64,000 nucleotides of DNA from Eledone cirrhosa (lineage: Eukaryota). Position numbers and translations under genes: made by a program. The notes beneath the pieces were generated by a model. It ran no database searches and was not told the DNA's origin. It saw nothing but the letters and a program-made list of their open reading frames with translations. Position 1 is the stretch's first letter. The number at the start of each line of letters is the position of its first letter. The stretch is taken from NCBI GenBank assembly GCA_964016885.1, contig OZ024747.1, positions 40,920,001 through 40,984,000 on the forward strand. The letters are read 5' to 3'. Shown piece after piece: positions 58,149-64,000 of the stretch.

Positions 58149-60734
58149 GAATAATGTTTTTTCTTTTTTGATAGGTAGGTAGGTAGGTAGGTAGGTAAAA
58201 GGAATAAATCTATTGTCTAGAGAAATATGTAATAGATATTGTTCAACTTACCCCATCCGATAATGATACAATAGGTAAACTTGATCTTGTTGTGACGCAT
58301 CGCATGGACAATCATGAAATACAAATACAATCCTTCAACAAACATCCAAAAGAAACTAGACGTCGTGAAATACTGGAACAATGTCATCAACAGCTTACAT
58401 ACCCACTGAAAAATATATAAAGAATAATAACAGAAATTTTGGAGTTATCGTTGTATTTTTCTGTTTTACTAATATACTAATTTTATAAGAAAATTCTAAA
58501 TTTTCAATTACTTGAAAATAAAGAATTTAATATTTAGTTAAATATAAAGAAAAAGAAAGTAGCTAAATGAAAGACTATAATTGTGAGGAGATGAAGGGAA
58601 ATGGCAAGGATTATTAAGCAATGAAAGAAAGAAAAGGGGAAGAGGAGAGGATGTCACCGAAGTAATTCTGTTGTGTGTATGCATGCATAGGCCCGTAACT
58701 CTTGAGAGAGACGTGGGAGCGCCATATTGACATATGGCGTTCCTAGGCCATTTTAAAACTTGGCGGAGTCCAATCTCTCAAGGTCTGAATACAGCGGATT
58801 TCTTCCAGCGGAGAGAGAGAGAAGGCGAGGGGAGAAAATAGAAGTGAGAAAAAGATATAGAGGAAGAACCGCCTACAGTACTAGACTGGTACTTTTTATA
58901 TAGACTTTGAATGGATGAATGGCAAAATTCACCTCGGCGGGATTTGAACTCAGAGAGCAGAGAACCGAAAGGAATACCGCATAGCCTTCTATCCGACGTT
59001 CTAACGACTCTGCCATTCACAATATTGTGGGTATATATATATGTATTTAAATGTTCTAATGTCATTATAAACAGTTTTCTGATGTGACAAAACATTCAGA
59101 GAAAGATCATTTCAAATTAATTATCGTGGTTTCGGAGTTCTATTTATTAAGTGGCTTAATTTGAGACCGCGCGTTGAACGTAAAGCAATTTCATCGTTGG
59201 AATTCATCATTTTTACTATTAAAAACACACAAAAAGGTATTAAATTTACTTTCCAATTATTATTTATGAGAATGGCCCTGTCGCTAGAATCGCGATGAAC
59301 ATTTTTGCCACCATGAAGTAAATTAAAAGATGTGAGGGAAATTGCGCAGTTTTTGTATAATTTTTGTATGGTTAAAATGATTCTACCACGATATAATTGA
59401 ATGCTAGAAGTAATATCATTGGTATATTGTAGAATCTCGGAGGAATTTCTCTTTCTTATGTAGTTTATAAGAGGATATATTGAAGATTTGTTTCTTCTCT
59501 CCAGACTTTCATTCAAATGGACTGAATAATGCTGGTCAGTAATCCGCAAATTAGATTCCGATAAAGAAAACATTTCGGGATTCTGCGAGAGAAAAGGACA
59601 TCTAATAAGATTTAATGAAATTTATTATATGTTTACTATATATGAATAAATTAAGTTTCTGAAAGAAATCCGTTTTATTCAATGTCTTACTAAAATTATA
59701 GTGGTGGATATTTTCCGTAATATGTAGGTATAGGTTCCGCAGATTTTGGAAAATTATATAAGTGATGCGCTGATTCTATAAAACCGTATAAGGGTTCCAT
59801 GATAGTTGGAAAATAGTATAATTAATAAAGTAAGTTTGGGAATCACAGCTATAAGTTAAGTAGGTTCACACACATACAAATCTCTTGCGTATAGCTTCAG
59901 TACATCAAGACTAATCAGTAGTTACATTACTGTTTTCTCTTTTACATGGGTTGTGCCGATGCTGAAGCAGCGCTATTTTTACTTTTATTGGTACTGGATA
60001 CGAAATTCAAGAAAGCCAGATTCTATCTGATTGATAAAGTTTGATTTAACGGTCATAGAACGTTTCTTTTCTTTGGAAACATTTTCAGCTAAAACAAGTT
60101 ACAAACCACACGTTAAAATATTTATATAATTTCTGTTCCAATTGATATTTCTAGTAAATATACATTATTTATACATGCTGAAAATTCTATAAAACTGAGT
60201 TTCTAGATTTCGAAGGAATATGAAGGTAGAAATAAAAGCTGCATATATTTGTTGTAACTATTCATTTTCTTCAATTAGCTATATTTCTGTACCAGACAAA
60301 TTACATATTATATATTTATGAAAAATGACTACAGGCGTTTACAAAATATATATAATTTCAAGCATATGATTAATCTCACTTCCATCACAGGCGTATCAAT
60401 AAAATAAGGATAATTAATATACACTACTAATTACATGTTTCCCAGTGAAACGTAATTTCAGCTTAGTCAAAACCACTTTCGAATTATCATCGGCTGGATT
60501 AACAGATTTCTTAGACTAACTGACAAATATGTTGTAGTATTTGTCACGGCTCTTTGCGTTCAAATTCCTCCGAGGTAAATTGTGCCTTTCATCTTTTCGG
60601 GGATCGATACAATAAAGTACCAGACAAGTAATTAGATGGATACAACCGTCTTGCCACTCCCTCAAATTGCTGGCTTTCTGTCTAAATTAGCAATCAGGGA
60701 CGCTCCGTGGAACATCCACTTTAACATTTTATAG

Positions 60735-60980
60735 AGAATTATTGGTCAGTAAGATCAATGATATTCTCGAGGAAACTCTGGACGTCGACGGGAACCAACT
60801 GGATGGACTCTTTCAGAAGACTTTCTATCCAGAAATATTTAATAATTTCCATACATCCTTGATCTGCCAATGCTACCTGGAAGGAAAGAATTTCCGTTTC
60901 AAGTTCCTCGTGCATGGAAGTGCTCTTAGACAGGCCTATATGAGATGTACACAGAACGACGAAACCGTTCAGCATTACAA
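60735..60980 (+). pseudogene. Old diverged Tx1 ORF2 C-terminal fragment
   Basis: ETLDVDGNQLDGLFQKTF..NNFHTSLICQCY..MRC..DETVQH aligns by eye with ETLGVEEDELASLFGRTF..DNFQKSLAWQCY..PRC..EETVAH of ORF2. Confidence 0.7.
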
Positions 60981-62451
60981 ACTTTGGGATTTTTTTGTCT
61001 AGCAGCTGTTTCCGGGTGAAGGTGCCGATGAGTGGCTTGGTGGTTATGGTGTTGGACTTACGATCATAATATCGCGGGTTCGATACCTGAACCGGATTGT
61101 GTGCTGTTTTCCTCAGCAAAACATTTCATTTCATGTAGCTCCATTATACTCAGCTGACAATGAGTACCCGTAGCAACTGGGGTTTTAACCCTACGATGGA
61201 CAAGCGTCCTATTGAGGCGGGGGTCTTGTAATTACAGTCGCTTAACACCAAGGAAACCGGGATAAACATCGGCCTAATGAATCTCCGGGCTTCAGAAAGA
61301 CTTTTTAGCTGTAGGAGTCCCATGTCAAAATTGCCTAGCGCCTCCCTTTTGGTGGAAAGAGCAAGCAGTTTTCCCCAGTCTCTATATATGTCAAATGATA
61401 TTGAATGATGGACGTTACTAAATGGACTGAAGACATACTTTCCTTTTCGGCAGTGGTAGTCACTTACTAGATGTAACTTGTATTGTCAGTAACTGCCACT
61501 TATTGATATAGAATAAATTATCTCACTCTTCTTTGCGCATAGAGGTATGTATAAGACATTGTTTGCAAACTGTGAGAGACTCCACGCAGTGACACACGAA
61601 AACTCAGCTATTTGTATATTCTGAACTTTTATTGTGTATATATTATCAAAATTCAATTTGCCTTAACGATCTCAATTCAAAGTTTGATATTCTTGTCACC
61701 ACTCAGGATTTCTGCTACAAGATCCAACCGATTACATTTCCCCAAATGTGACTTTGTGCCAAAATAGAAAATAATCATAATTTAAATTGATTTTTGTTGA
61801 TCAAAATAGCAATGATAGTACATTTTTGCAAAATCATATCAAATTTAAGAAAATTTAAGAAAAATTATGAAAGACATTTTCATTAAAAATATCTTATCTA
61901 AATTATAACCATACAAATTCAAGTTGGTTAATCCCGGATACGTAATGAATGTTATCTCCGAATAATCTCATTTATTTTTAACGAATATTTATTTTTATAT
62001 TTGGACAGTTGTTTAATTGTATTATATTAAGTATATTTGGACAGTTGTTTTATTGTATTATATTAAGTATTTTAAATCACAGTATTTCATTATTTATTGG
62101 ATTGCCACATACCAGGAACCATGGTCCTTTAATATTTCAAAACAAGGTCTAGAAAATCTTTTTATGTGTATTTAACAAAAAACCGATTTTGTTGCACACA
62201 CACAAAATATACGTAGAAGATCTTGGGCTTGTCTCAGTGAAAATCTGAAACAGACAGACCCCTAAAAAAATTGTATCTAAATGACGCAATAGCTAACGTA
62301 TTAAATGACTATCAATATATATATATTTCCGTCTTTATATTTGAATTTAATATGCACAGATATTCTGTATAGTACTGTCTCAAGTTATTACGATATGATT
62401 TGAGAGAGGAGTGGTGATAGTGTAGGTGTACCGTTTCATATACACACACAT

Positions 62452-62500
<49 letters not shown>

Positions 62501-62724
62501 TGTATGTATATATATATGAGGCACAAAACAAAGAAAAGAAAGAATCCCCGGTCACTGATGAGGTCACAGAATATGTGATGAAAGAACTTTGACAATATAT
62601 GAACCACCGTCAAGTTGTGGAACCAACCAACCAACCGGAAATTTATAATTTAATTTATAATAAATTGGAGTGAAAGCAACTGGTGCGTGTGTTTCTTATC
62701 AACATGACCCTCCCAAAGTATAAC

Positions 62725-62826
<102 letters not shown>

Positions 62827-63445
62827 AGGTCACCACTTGATGCTACTGGTAACATGTATTCCAGTACAACCTGTCCCATGGTCGGGTCGTTGGCGACTAA
62901 ACTGGCAACACCACCAAGGTTTCTTGGTGAGGAAGGTGACTTTGGACACCCTGCAGGACTAAAAACAAAACCTGTCAAAGGGCAAAGGAGCTCTTAAGAG
63001 TCAATGGCCATCCAAAATCACCGGGAGAGATGACCCCTTAGCCTTTGTCAAGGCAGAATTCTAGGAGAAGGAAAACTCTGATATAACACCTGCAACCCTG
63101 AGGGTATCCAATGATGTTGACTTGTTCTTCTTTTTGGTAAATATCATCTTGGTTAAGTGAGTGGGACTGGCTTTGTGCAGTGCCTTTGCTCACTATAAAA
63201 GCTTCACGGCACAGGCATTGCTTTATATCTGGAGATCTCTCTGCACTTGTCGTCACATGGTACCATGGGCCTAGCACTGTGTCAGTAATTGTCACAAGTG
63301 TAGTGTTTGTACCAGAGTTTTCAAGTCGCTGGCTGAACTAAAAAGTCACACTCGCCAGCGCATCGGTAGGCGTTCTCCTACATGGACATAAAGTAGTGGC
63401 CGCACTCGAAAACGAATTGGCAGCCACCATATATATATATGTATG

Positions 63446-63478
<33 letters not shown>

Positions 63479-64000
63479 GTATATCTATGTATATATATGT
63501 ATATATATGTATGTATGTGTGTATATATATATATATGTGTATGTATATGTATGTATATGTGTATATGTATGTGTGTATATGTATATGTATGTATGTATAT
63601 ATGTGTATGTATGTATGTATATGTATATATGTATGTATATGTATGTGTGTATGTATATGTATATGTATGTATGTTGGTGCTACTGGTAACATGTATCCCA
63701 GTACAACCTGTCTCATGGTCGGGTCGTTGGCGACTAAACTGGCAACCCCACCAAGGTTTCTTGGTGAGGAGGGTGACTTTGGACATCCTGCAGGACTAAA
63801 AACAAAACCTGTCAAAGGGCAAGGGAGCTCTTAAGACTCAATAGCCATCCAAAATCACCGGGAGAGATGACCCCTTAGCCTTTATCAAGGCAGAATTCTA
63901 GGAGAAGGAAAACTCTGATATAACACCTGCAACCCTGATGGTATCCAATGATGTTGACTTGTTCTTCTTTTTGGTAAATATCATCTTGGTTAAGAGAGTG

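Noticed and set aside
59121-59573. 150-aa minus-strand ORF as a host exon
   Set aside because: No recognisable domain, AT-rich composition, and no supporting splice or neighbouring exon evidence.

Overview
AT-rich, microsatellite-saturated animal DNA. Its SINE content suggests a cephalopod such as Octopus (inference). No host protein-coding gene is recognisable; nearly all ORF-track calls are microsatellite read-through or antisense frames. (1) Positions 1-7863 are a head-to-tail array of four minus-strand Tx1/L1-clade non-LTR retrotransposon copies. Every visible end abuts a (GATA)n tract and none has a poly(A) tail. One copy is full length, with a CCHC ORF1 and an APE-RT-Zn ORF2 broken by a single frameshift in a G run. 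A fifth, doubly truncated copy (56.6-58.1 kb) and an old diverged fragment (60.7 kb) lie elsewhere. (2) Scattered through the window are seven non-coding repeat families, mostly at (TA)n tracts, that form asymmetric palindromes or tandem arrays and each carry a type I hammerhead-ribozyme motif. These include a 466-bp tandem multimer with a 12-bp target-site duplication and compensatory stem changes. A decayed Penelope-like RT lies next to one of them, consistent with a retrozyme-like, Penelope-mobilised system. (3) Also present: two tRNA-derived SINE families, a 45-bp minisatellite amplified from a SINE head, a ~607-bp RTE-like non-autonomous element, two MITEs, and old CR1/Jockey and RTE fragments. 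All structures were read by eye; no folding or database search was run.
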